Part shown: piece after piece, positions 19,382 through 28,037 of the stretch
How positions within the stretch are numbered: the stretch's first letter is position 1
How the letters are laid out: every line of letters begins with the position of its first letter
Source: Candidatus Parvarchaeum sp.
Lineage (GTDB): Archaea; Nanobdellota; Nanobdellia; Pacearchaeales; GW2011-AR1
Length of the DNA stretch: 64,000 nucleotides
NCBI GenBank assembly: GCA_020724955.1
Contig: DYFY01000001.1
Coordinates: 2,046-66,045, forward strand
Reading direction: 5' to 3'
Notes under the pieces: model-generated
What the model was told of the DNA's origin: nothing
The model's database searches: none
The model's input: only the letters and a program-made list of their open reading frames with translations
Program-made: the position numbers and the translations under genes

Positions 19382-19512
19382 TTGCACACTATTATTCATT
19401 GTCTAAATTCCTATGCCTTCCACAAGTTGAATAAGAATTTTTCAGACAGAAATGCCAGTGAGATTCGGGGAACAACCAAAAATAAATAAAAAAATAAAAT
19501 TAAAAATTAAAT

Positions 19513-20739
19513 TTAGTAATAACTTTCCCCGATTTCTTCTTTTGTTTCAGGTTTTCTTGTCAGCAGCACTATAAGCACTATCAACAGCACAACGAAGATT
19601 ATTGCAAGAACGACTGTAAGCAATACAGCTGCATTTCCTGCGATGTTTCTTCCTTCCACATTTGCTGTGAAGACTGCACTGTCAATAATCTGCCCTTCAG
19701 ATTCAACATTTACTGTAAACTGATGAGTCCCTTCTTCAGAAGAGGAGACATCAAATCTTACAGACTGGCTTGAACCTGCAGGAACAACCACTACTGTGTC
19801 TGCGAGGTCAACATTCAAGGAACTGTCAGCGTTTACAACCAAGTTGTAAACTTTTATGCTGTTTCCTGTGTTAACTACAGTCATAGTGTATGTTTGTGTT
19901 TCTCCTGCTGCAAATGTCTTGCTTTCTTGAGATTTTACCACCTGGCTTCCTGCCTTAGAAACAAAGATTTTCTTTGTCGCCAGGCTGGATGTTTCGGAGT
20001 TGTAGGCTTCAAACTCTATTGTGTAGAGCCCTTCGGCTGCGTTCTCCGGTATTTTCAGGTAGATTCTTCTCTCAGCTGAGTCTTCAAAGTCAGGGTCTGA
20101 AGTGTCAACTACAGACAGGTCACCGAAGTAGACTGTTTTGCTTATCCCCAATGTAGGGATTCTTGCAATAACATAGTTGTCTTCAGCTTTGTGTCTTCCT
20201 CTGTTCTTGAGGATTACATCAATAGCTAGGTTTTCTCCTGCTTTGACTTCAGGCTCATTCTCTATTGAGAGAATCTCCAGCAAGTCATTTTCACTCTGGA
20301 CGACCAAGTCAATTGTCTGGGTAGCAAGAACTCCGCTTCTTCCTTCTACAGAAATTCTTAATGCAAACTTCTCATTGAAGTCTACATCAAAAGGCACTTG
20401 CATACTCAGTCTTCTGTTGTACGTGTGGCCGTTTCCAAGGACATCGAACTCTTCAGTTTCAACCACATATCCGCTTTTTCCAATAAGTTTTGCTTCAACA
20501 ATTACATCACTTACTGTATTGGCGAGATTTGAAGTAAAAACTACTTCGATATCCATGTTTTCTCCTGCTGTAACTGTAGGAATTCTGTTCTGTCCAGTTG
20601 CAGTGTATTGAGCATTTACACCTATTCTGTCTATAACAACAGACTGGGCGCTAACGCTCGCCGAGAAAACAAACACCAGTGCAAAAACTGCTACAAGTGA
20701 AACCAAAAATTTCATTGATTTCATTGTTTTCGTTTTCAT
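19513..20739 (-). CDS. secreted/surface protein with Ig-like (CARDB-type) repeats and C-terminal TM anchor
   Basis: Signal peptide, beta-rich repeats (LKNRG, VVNTG), TM helix, ESYY tail. Confidence 0.8.
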   Translation of the reverse strand: MKTKTMKSMKFLVSLVAVFALVFVFSASVSAQSVVIDRIGVNAQYTATGQNRIPTVTAGENMDIEVVFTSNLANTVSDVIVEAKLIGKSGYVVETEEFDVLGNGHTYNRRLSMQVPFDVDFNEKFALRISVEGRSGVLATQTIDLVVQSENDLLEILSIENEPEVKAGENLAIDVILKNRGRHKAEDNYVIARIPTLGISKTVYFGDLSVVDTSDPDFEDSAERRIYLKIPENAAEGLYTIEFEAYNSETSSLATKKIFVSKAGSQVVKSQESKTFAAGETQTYTMTVVNTGNSIKVYNLVVNADSSLNVDLADTVVVVPAGSSQSVRFDVSSSEEGTHQFTVNVESEGQIIDSAVFTANVEGRNIAGNAAVLLTVVLAIIFVVLLIVLIVLLTRKPETKEEIGESYY

Positions 20740-20853
20740 TTTATTTAGTTAAAAAGACAACAAAAGCGGGCTTTATAAACTTTACGATGATAACAAAAAT
20801 AAGTAATTTGAAAGTAACAAAAGGTATAAATAGGTGTCTTTTGGTATACTGCA

Positions 20854-21096
20854 ATGGGAAAAGAAAATACTGTAACAACCATAAAACTGGAGAGAAAAAC
20901 TAAAGAGAGAATAGACAGGCTGAAAGTTTACAGAAGAGAGACATATGATGAAGTTTTGAACAATATTTTGAACATACTCAACATATGCAGAATCAATCCT
21001 GAACAGGCGCGTTTAAATCTTAGGAAGATAGACGCTTCAAGGAAGGAAAGAACTTCTTCTGAACTGCAAAAATCTAAAGTTTCTGGACAATCTTAA
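20854..21096 (+). CDS. small RHH-like DNA-binding protein
   Basis: TTIKLERKTKERIDRLK..ETYDEVL pattern. Confidence 0.75.
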   Translation: MGKENTVTTIKLERKTKERIDRLKVYRRETYDEVLNNILNILNICRINPEQARLNLRKIDASRKERTSSELQKSKVSGQS

Positions 21097-21844
21097 GCGC
21101 TTCGATGCAGTCATTCAGCATTGTCGGACTCTCATTGATTATCACAATATCTTTGCCTTTAGGCAGGTTGCTGAAAAGGTCAAGCCATTCTTTTTTTTCT
21201 GTTGTTTTGTGTCTCTTTTCCCCCTTTTCTCCGTATATAATTCCTGAAAAATGTACGTGCCATTTTTTTTGGGGAAAAAGCCTTCTGATTTTTCCGTAAT
21301 CAACTTCTTTTTCTCTTGCTAATATGTGGGCAAAGTCTATGCAGAAGTCGCAGCCTGTGTCTTTTACCAAAGAGGATATTTCTTCAGCACTCCCAAAGAC
21401 GTTGATTTTTCCCATTGTTTCTGGAGCCAGCTTTATTTTCCAGTTTTTTTTCTTAATCTCTGCCATTAGTTCATTAATTCCTTCTTTTATGTTATTGTAA
21501 GATTCTTCCCTGTTTTTTCCGTAATATCCAGGATGAAAAACCACTCTTTCGGCTCCGAGCCATTCTCCGACTTCACAGCAGCCAAGTATTCTGGATTTTG
21601 TGGCTTCTCTTTTTGACTTTTCAGAAGAATTTAAATTCACGTAATAGGGGGCGTGGATGCTCAGGCTGATTCCGAGCTCTTTTGCTTTTTTCCCAATCTT
21701 TTCGGCGTCTTCTTTATTTTTTATGTAAATTCCGTAAGTGAAAGCTATTTCGCATGCTTTGAACCCCAACGAGTTGTATTTTTCCAGAGTTTCAACAGCG
21801 GCTTTTACGCTTCCCAGCCCGGCAGGGCCTATTTTTACCTGCAT
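21074..21844 (-). CDS. nfo: endonuclease IV family AP endonuclease (TIM barrel)
   Basis: HAPYYVNL, FHPG, ETMGK, DFAH, HFSG, ESP motifs. Confidence 0.92.
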   Translation of the reverse strand: MQVKIGPAGLGSVKAAVETLEKYNSLGFKACEIAFTYGIYIKNKEDAEKIGKKAKELGISLSIHAPYYVNLNSSEKSKREATKSRILGCCEVGEWLGAERVVFHPGYYGKNREESYNNIKEGINELMAEIKKKNWKIKLAPETMGKINVFGSAEEISSLVKDTGCDFCIDFAHILAREKEVDYGKIRRLFPQKKWHVHFSGIIYGEKGEKRHKTTEKKEWLDLFSNLPKGKDIVIINESPTMLNDCIEALKIVQKL

Positions 21845-21887
21845 GAAAGAAAAAAACAAAGAGGCTTAATAAAACCTTTTCTGTAAT

Positions 21888-22070
21888 GAGTATCTCCGAT
21901 AGACAGGAAATGGGGGTAAAAATAATGAAATCTGATAACTTTAATCAAGTTAGGAATTCTTGTTAATTCATTAATTCTTGATTTTTAATACTAATTATCC
22001 AAAAAATAAACTATTTTGATACAAAATCTGAGTTTAATTCTTCAGTTAGAAAAACTCATCGGAGATACTC
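21888..22070. mobile_element. MITE, 183 bp, 13-bp TIR, 5-bp TSD
   Basis: TIRs GAGTATCTCCGAT / ATCGGAGATACTC; GTAAT on both sides (21883-21887, 22071-22075); related copies elsewhere in window. Confidence 0.85.
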
Positions 22071-22133
22071 GTAATTTTACCTTGTTGTGTTTTATAGATG
22101 CAATTGCCTGACGATTGGCAAGCCCTATAATTT

Positions 22134-22580
22134 TTAAAGAAGGTTTTTTTCAACCTCATCAAGATTGTCTAAGATATATTCATGCAGTTTTCTTATGAAC
22201 AAATCCTGTATGTTTTCTTTCAGTATCCCGTGGCATTTAGAAATGTCCTTTTCAGGATGAGATAATACCCCTACTTCATAAAGGCAAGTCATGCTTGAGC
22301 CTTCAAACTCTCTCAACCTGATGTCCCCTTCTTTTGCCTGCAGAAGAACAACCTCTATCTCACAAAGATTTCCGGCTTCTTTTCCTTTTATTATATATTT
22401 CCATGACGCCTCGGGTTTTTCGCTGATGTAGCTTCCCTTTATGCATTTCTGCATTATGCTGTTATAACAATCCAAATCTTCACATGTTTTTCCTGCGCCG
22501 AAAAAGAAATATACTCCCAACGCGATGATTACAACAAGGGCTATGACGACAACAACCTCTTTTACCCTCTTTCCTCTCAT
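22134..22580 (-). CDS. membrane-anchored Cys-containing hypothetical protein
   Basis: N-terminal TM, six Cys. Confidence 0.75.
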   Translation of the reverse strand: MRGKRVKEVVVVIALVVIIALGVYFFFGAGKTCEDLDCYNSIMQKCIKGSYISEKPEASWKYIIKGKEAGNLCEIEVVLLQAKEGDIRLREFEGSSMTCLYEVGVLSHPEKDISKCHGILKENIQDLFIRKLHEYILDNLDEVEKNLL

Positions 22581-22635
22581 AAACTAAGTAGAAATATCTT
22601 ATATTTAAATATATAGTCAAGTCAAATCCGGCATT

Positions 22636-23793
22636 TTAAAAACTTACGAGTTTGACCTTGGAATCTTTTACATATGCAAAGTTGTTTGCGCCTAAATATG
22701 AAACTCCTTTTTCATCGCAGGCTTTTATTAAGGATGATGTTGCGGGCCCGTCCACCAGAACTGCGCTTATTTTCTTTCTTGATCTTGCCAAAGCCCCTGA
22801 GGCAGTGCTTGAGGAAATTTTTTTTACTTCGTTGAGGCCTGCGTCCAGAAAAACAGCATTTCTGGTGCCTTTTATTTCATCATATTTTTTCTTAAGCTCT
22901 GACTTAGTGTCTCCGCTGAATTCCTCGACGTCTTCTTCAGCCTCTTCATAGGTTTTTGAATATCCGTCATTGGCTGAGCCGTTCCTTCTTAGAAATTCAC
23001 CTGCCGGAATTTTTTTTCTCAAACTCATGAGAATTTCTTTTCCTGTCAGTTCTTCAACCTCTTTTCCGTCGGGCGCAACTGCAACGTATGCGACTTTGGC
23101 GTTTTCAATTACGTTTTTTGCAATTAGCTTTCCTCCTCTATCTCCATCTACAAATAAAGTTATTTCTTTTTCGTTCCCAAGGACTGCAATCTCTTTTGGA
23201 AGCTTGGTTCCATTCATGCCTACCACGTTGTTTACCCTGTTTTTCAGCAGGTTGACCACATCGGCTCTGCCCTCAACTACTATTATTTCGTCTCCTGACA
23301 AATCCCCTGCAGGAAGCTTTTCTTCTCCATATTCCTGTATTTTTGAAACTCTTGACTCTTCTTTTAGAGTTCTTGAGATTCTGGAATCTCCCCCTCCTTC
23401 AAGACCCTCGAGCAGTTTTTTTGCCCTGTCAATAATGTAATCTCTTTTGCTTCCTCTTACATCTTCAATTTTTGTGACTTCTATTCTTGCTTCTGTTGGT
23501 CCGATTCTGTCAATTGTCTCAAGTGTTGCTGCAATTATAGTAGTCTCGGATTTGTCCAAGGCGCTTGGAAGCTTGATTTCTCCCACTGATTTTCCATCAA
23601 CAGTGTTTAATTCAACTTCAATTCTTCCTATTTTGCCTTCTTTTTGAAGCTCACGCATTTCCAAGTCACTGCCAAGAAGCCCTTCAGTCTGCCCAAAAAT
23701 AGCTCCTATGACATCAGGCTTTTCAACCGGCCCCTCAGACCTAAAAGTAGCATAAATCATGTATTTTACCGAAACAGGGCTTATTTTTGCCAT
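22636..23793 (-). CDS. dnaG: archaeal DnaG-type primase (exosome-associated)
   Basis: VEKPDVIGAIFGQTEGLLG, IIVVEGRADV and DGDRGG TOPRIM motifs. Confidence 0.97.
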   Translation of the reverse strand: MAKISPVSVKYMIYATFRSEGPVEKPDVIGAIFGQTEGLLGSDLEMRELQKEGKIGRIEVELNTVDGKSVGEIKLPSALDKSETTIIAATLETIDRIGPTEARIEVTKIEDVRGSKRDYIIDRAKKLLEGLEGGGDSRISRTLKEESRVSKIQEYGEEKLPAGDLSGDEIIVVEGRADVVNLLKNRVNNVVGMNGTKLPKEIAVLGNEKEITLFVDGDRGGKLIAKNVIENAKVAYVAVAPDGKEVEELTGKEILMSLRKKIPAGEFLRRNGSANDGYSKTYEEAEEDVEEFSGDTKSELKKKYDEIKGTRNAVFLDAGLNEVKKISSSTASGALARSRKKISAVLVDGPATSSLIKACDEKGVSYLGANNFAYVKDSKVKLVSF

Positions 23794-24086
23794 TTTTACT
23801 ATTCACTTTATCAGAAAGAATTTTTCTTTTTCGCGCTCTTCAGACTTATAATCTCTTCTCGCTTTCCAGGGCTAACAACTCCCCGGGACGTGAATGTGAT
23901 TGTTATTATGAAGGTGAATTATGAAATAATTCTTTCCTTAGTGATGTTGTTATCAACATCCTCTCCTTTATAAAACTTTGGGCTTGTTTGGCTTTACCCG
24001 AATAGTTTTTGGAAAGTCTTGGTTTTCTGGCAGAAATTATAATTTTTCTTTTAACTCGCGGGAATAATCCACATACAAATAGTAGC

Positions 24087-24440
24087 CTAGTTATTTGAAG
24101 TATTTTGTATAGACTCTCTGAGCCTTTGCTGGCTAAATCTTATTCTTTCTTCAATTTTTTCGTCTGATAGCGAGCTTTCTGGAGAGAACTTTAATGCTAG
24201 GAGATAGTATTCAATGGCTGTTTCATGTAATTGTGGATATCCTATTTTTTCTGCCATTCTTGCCATTGTACAAGCTATGTTATTATGATCGGTTCTGCTT
24301 CTGGAGTTGGCAGGTATTGCTGTGTAATGTTCCAACGCTCTGAATGTTTGCCCGCCATAGAAAAATCTGTCTCCTACTAATCTGTTTAGTTCACGCAATT
24401 CAGCTAATGCGGTTTGGAATTCTAAGGTTCCTGATGTCAT
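24087..24440 (-). CDS. hypothetical helical (TPR-like) protein
   Basis: 117 aa, AIEYYLLALKFSP TPR-like end; TATA box upstream. Confidence 0.6.
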   Translation of the reverse strand: MTSGTLEFQTALAELRELNRLVGDRFFYGGQTFRALEHYTAIPANSRSRTDHNNIACTMARMAEKIGYPQLHETAIEYYLLALKFSPESSLSDEKIEERIRFSQQRLRESIQNTSNN

Positions 24441-24501
24441 AGAAAATTAACTTTCAGTTCACTTTTAAGTCTTTTGTTCGCCTTTTTGTCAAGATGGATA
24501 A

Positions 24502-24515
24502 ACGCCCGGACCAGG
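24502..24515 (-). repeat. att-like duplicate of tRNA-Ser 3' end (ACGCCCGGACCAGG)
   Basis: Identical 14 bp at 25757-25770 in tRNA-Ser(GGA). Confidence 0.75.
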
Positions 24516-24626
24516 CTCAAGAAAAAAGTTTCTCAGTTGGGACCTATGTACCAACTTTATGTTTATTCCATTGGTTTTTCTTGAATGTACTTTATGACTA
24601 TTCAGTGTTGCCTAACAAAGAGTATA

Positions 24627-25601
24627 CTACTCTATTAAGTCAACTTTTATTCCACGTTCATTTATTCTTCTTTGTTCTTCCAAAAATGACTTATAATTCG
24701 AATCAGATTCGCTTAATGTATTTATGAAACCATTAACTACATAATGGGGATCAATATATCTAAACTTCTTTCTTAAATCAAACTGAGGGTTATTTCTATT
24801 TTCAACTAATTTTAATCGAGGTCTTTCCAAAATAGATAACACCTTACTAACCTCATCAATTCCACCATCTCTAAGTTTTGCAATAAGGTGTTCATCTTTT
24901 TGATAAAAGTCTTCTGGATTAACAACTCCTTCAGATAAGCCTGCTTTCAAGGCTCTAGCAAGTAGTTCCCATCTAACAGTACACTCTGCTCCGCCCCAAT
25001 GCTCCTTCTGACATTTAGCGTAAGCATATGCAAATTTTTTAGCAGAATCTTTATTTCTAAATGCAATTTGTCCATTATGATTAACTAAATCGTCAATACA
25101 TTGTGTCACAATTTTCGGATCAGCCCAAGTATGGAACTCTCTTAATGAATAATCAATTCTATCAGCACATAAATAGGGGGCAGGTCTTTCTAGCAACCCA
25201 TATTGTTTGACATCAGTAACTTTATCAGAATCCAGACCATGTTTATGTAATATTTCAGGGATAGTTGAAAGAGATACCACTCGTTGTAAATTCTTATCTT
25301 GATGGTCTTCTTTCTCTCTGTCTCCCATAACCCAATCAACTAGATGTGAAAAAGCAGTATGCGAAACGTCATGAATTAACCCGGCAGCCTGTTCTTCAAC
25401 ATCTGCCCCTAACTTTCTAAGGACTAACATAACTCCCACAGAGTGTTCATATCTGCTAAATCCTGGATAAGGGTAGAATCTTTGCGGCATTCCAAATTGA
25501 TGTATTCCTTTTAGCCTTTGAATGGCTGGAGATTCTATTAATTCCGTTAAAACTGGCTCAGATATTTCTACAGGGCCATAAATGCGATCATCTATCTGCA
25601 T
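24627..25601 (-). CDS. HD-domain phosphohydrolase (dNTP triphosphohydrolase-like)
   Basis: QRLKGIHQ, SRYEHSVGV, GLIHDVSH, ADRIDY. Confidence 0.9.
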   Translation of the reverse strand: MQIDDRIYGPVEISEPVLTELIESPAIQRLKGIHQFGMPQRFYPYPGFSRYEHSVGVMLVLRKLGADVEEQAAGLIHDVSHTAFSHLVDWVMGDREKEDHQDKNLQRVVSLSTIPEILHKHGLDSDKVTDVKQYGLLERPAPYLCADRIDYSLREFHTWADPKIVTQCIDDLVNHNGQIAFRNKDSAKKFAYAYAKCQKEHWGGAECTVRWELLARALKAGLSEGVVNPEDFYQKDEHLIAKLRDGGIDEVSKVLSILERPRLKLVENRNNPQFDLRKKFRYIDPHYVVNGFINTLSESDSNYKSFLEEQRRINERGIKVDLIE

Positions 25602-25757
25602 AAATCTTTTCGTAATTAATCTTTTATAATGATTATTGTATTGTAAATTATCTCACTTAGCAAATTCTAATTGAGACATTCAAGATCTGTTGACTTACAG
25701 AAGAAATCGGTAAACTCCCCTTTTAATTAAATAGGTTTTTGTTCTCGGTGAAAAACA

Positions 25758-25840
25758 CGCCCGGACCAGGATTCGAACCTGGGAATCCGTGAGGAAACGG
25801 GTTCTCCAAACCCGCGCCGTAACCGCTGGGCCATCCGGGC
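25758..25840 (-). tRNA. tRNA-Ser(GGA)
   Basis: CGGGT-TT-GGA-GA-ACCCG anticodon arm, long variable arm, GTTCGAATCC. Confidence 0.96.
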
Positions 25841-25885
25841 ATAATTGATGGAAAGAAGGAATGCTTTTAAAGATTTTTAGCTTGG

Positions 25886-26073
25886 AAGTATCTCAGATAG
25901 ACAGGAAATAAAGGCAAAAATATGAAATCTGATAACTCTATCAAGATAGAAGTTTTTGTTAATAAGCTGATTGCTAATTTTGATGATAATTATCTAAGTC
26001 ATCTGTTGTTTGGAGAATGAAGTTAGAGTTTAATTCTTCAAATTATCCTATGAGCAAGCCATCTCAGATTTAT
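25886..26073. mobile_element. degenerate MITE copy (family of 21888-22070)
   Basis: Shares AGTATCTC.GATAGACAGGAAAT, ATGAAATCTGATAACT and GAGTTTAATTCTTCA; right TIR decayed. Confidence 0.8.
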
Positions 26074-26075
26074 TG

Positions 26076-26630
26076 TTAATTATTTATGACAGAGCTGATT
26101 TCAAGTTTCAGAAATTCATGCAAGGCATCCAGGCTTGCATTCCGAAGCCTGTTTTTCACTTCTTCTTTTGATTTGCAGTCCGAGATATTGATTTTTTGCT
26201 GAAAAAGAATTCTTCCAGTGTCTATGCCTTTGTCTATCAAATGGAATGTAAATCCGGAGATTTTCGCTTTTGAGTTGAAGGCTTCCTCATGCGGGAATGC
26301 TCCTGGGAAATCCGGCAAATACGAGAGATGGAGATTTATTAGTTTATTCTTGTATTGTTCAAGCAGTTCCTGAGAAACTATCAAACGATTGTATCCTGCC
26401 GCCATTATCAAATCCGGAGAGATTTTGTCCAGTTCGGATTTTATTGCCGAGTCATGAGCGATGCGGTTTATGAAAGATTGATGGGGAATCACTTTAAGCG
26501 GAATGTTTAAAGAGGCGCAGATGAATTTGATTTTGGCTGAAGGAATGTTTGAAATTACAAGGGCAAGGTTTTCAGTTCTCGCTATGGATTCTATGTATTC
26601 CGGCTCTGACGTCAGGAGAGCTAACTTCAT
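26076..26630 (-). CDS. formyltransferase domain protein (PurN/PurU-like)
   Basis: PDLIMAAGY, INLHLSYLPDFPG, GFTFH..IDTG; lacks the PurN SGxGSN loop. Confidence 0.8.
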   Translation of the reverse strand: MKLALLTSEPEYIESIARTENLALVISNIPSAKIKFICASLNIPLKVIPHQSFINRIAHDSAIKSELDKISPDLIMAAGYNRLIVSQELLEQYKNKLINLHLSYLPDFPGAFPHEEAFNSKAKISGFTFHLIDKGIDTGRILFQQKINISDCKSKEEVKNRLRNASLDALHEFLKLEISSVINN

Positions 26631-26680
26631 CTGGTATTGTATTCCAGCACGTTTATAAAATCTGTTCTTTCAAGTTTGGA

Positions 26681-27946
26681 ATGCTTGATGAGAATATTCA
26701 ATATATAGAAAGCCTGAAAAGGTTTGGGATTAGATCAGGGCTTGAGCCTATGAGTAAGCTTCTGGAGCTTTTAGGCAATCCACATAAAAAGTTTAAGAGT
26801 ATTCATGTAGCCGGAACAAATGGGAAAGGAAGCACCACTGCCATGATTTCTAGCATTATAAAAGAAGCAGGCTATAAAGTTGGAGCTTATTTCAGCCCTT
26901 ATCTTTTGAAGTTTAATGAACGGATAGAGATAAATGGGAATCCTATCTCTGATTACGATTTGGAAAGGTTGATTACTAAGGTTAGAAAACATCTGGAGAG
27001 TTCTGATATGGAGGTTACTTTTTTTGAATTTATTACTGCAGTTGCCTTTCTTTATTTCGTCGAACATAAAATAGACATAGCAGTGATTGAAGTTGGACTT
27101 GGAGGAAGGCTGGATGCTACAAATATCACAGATTCTTTAATTTCAGTAATAACCAACATAGGCTCTGACCATCAGCAGATATTAGGGAATACTAAAAGTA
27201 AGATTGCTATCGAGAAAGCAGGAATAATTAAGGAAAAACAGATTTGTATTAGCGCCGAAGAAGACCCAACTATAAAATTAATATTTTCTGAAATTTGCAA
27301 GATAAAAAATACAGAATTGCTTTTTGTTGATGATGTGACTGATTTTAAAATTTTAGAAAATAACTTAGAGCATCAGAAATTTTCGGCTCAGGGAATTTTT
27401 CAAGGAGAGTTTGAGCTCAAACTATTGGGAAATCATCAAGTTAGGAACGCTTTAACTGCATTAATAGTCTGCTCCAAGCTTAATGAGATTTGGAAGCCAA
27501 TACCTCAATCTTCTTGGAATATTGGATTGAAAAAAGCAATGATAAGAGGAAGGCTGGAAGTCATTTCTAAAAATCCTTTGATTATAGTTGATGGAGCCCA
27601 TAATCTTGAGGGGATTTTAGCTTTGAAGAGATTTATTTTAGGTTTAAGCAAGAGGAAGGTTTTGATTATGGGAGTCTCTAATGACAAGGATAGTTTTGAA
27701 ATGGTTAAGGAGCTTGCTCCTTTATTTGAGGTATTTGTTGCGACAGAAGGAAAATATAAACCAAAGCCTATTTTGGAATTGGTTGAAGAAGCTGAAAGAT
27801 TTTGTAATAATGTTTATTCTTTTAAAGAGCCTTTAGATGCTTTGAAGAAATCTCTTGAATTAGCCAGCAAAGATGAAATGATTTTAGCTACTGGCTCGCT
27901 GTACATGATTCCTGAAATTATTAAGTTTTTTGATAAAGCCGGATAG
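26681..27946 (+). CDS. folC: folylpolyglutamate/dihydrofolate synthase
   Basis: HVAGTNGKGST, EVGLGGRLDATN, EKAGIIK, DGAHN, TGSLY. Confidence 0.96.
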   Translation: MLDENIQYIESLKRFGIRSGLEPMSKLLELLGNPHKKFKSIHVAGTNGKGSTTAMISSIIKEAGYKVGAYFSPYLLKFNERIEINGNPISDYDLERLITKVRKHLESSDMEVTFFEFITAVAFLYFVEHKIDIAVIEVGLGGRLDATNITDSLISVITNIGSDHQQILGNTKSKIAIEKAGIIKEKQICISAEEDPTIKLIFSEICKIKNTELLFVDDVTDFKILENNLEHQKFSAQGIFQGEFELKLLGNHQVRNALTALIVCSKLNEIWKPIPQSSWNIGLKKAMIRGRLEVISKNPLIIVDGAHNLEGILALKRFILGLSKRKVLIMGVSNDKDSFEMVKELAPLFEVFVATEGKYKPKPILELVEEAERFCNNVYSFKEPLDALKKSLELASKDEMILATGSLYMIPEIIKFFDKAG

Positions 27947-28037
27947 ACTTTATTTATTGAGCTAGAGATTTTAACAACGGGTTAGATGTGAGCTGCGTTG
28001 CCACAATTATTATAAGCCTTGCGTTTCTTGCTTGGAG

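Noticed and set aside
26076-26630. Methionyl-tRNA formyltransferase linked to the odd initiator tRNA
   Set aside because: Only 184 aa, lacking the Fmt C-terminal tRNA-binding domain; the tRNA has a paired A1-U72 rather than the C1xA72 determinant.
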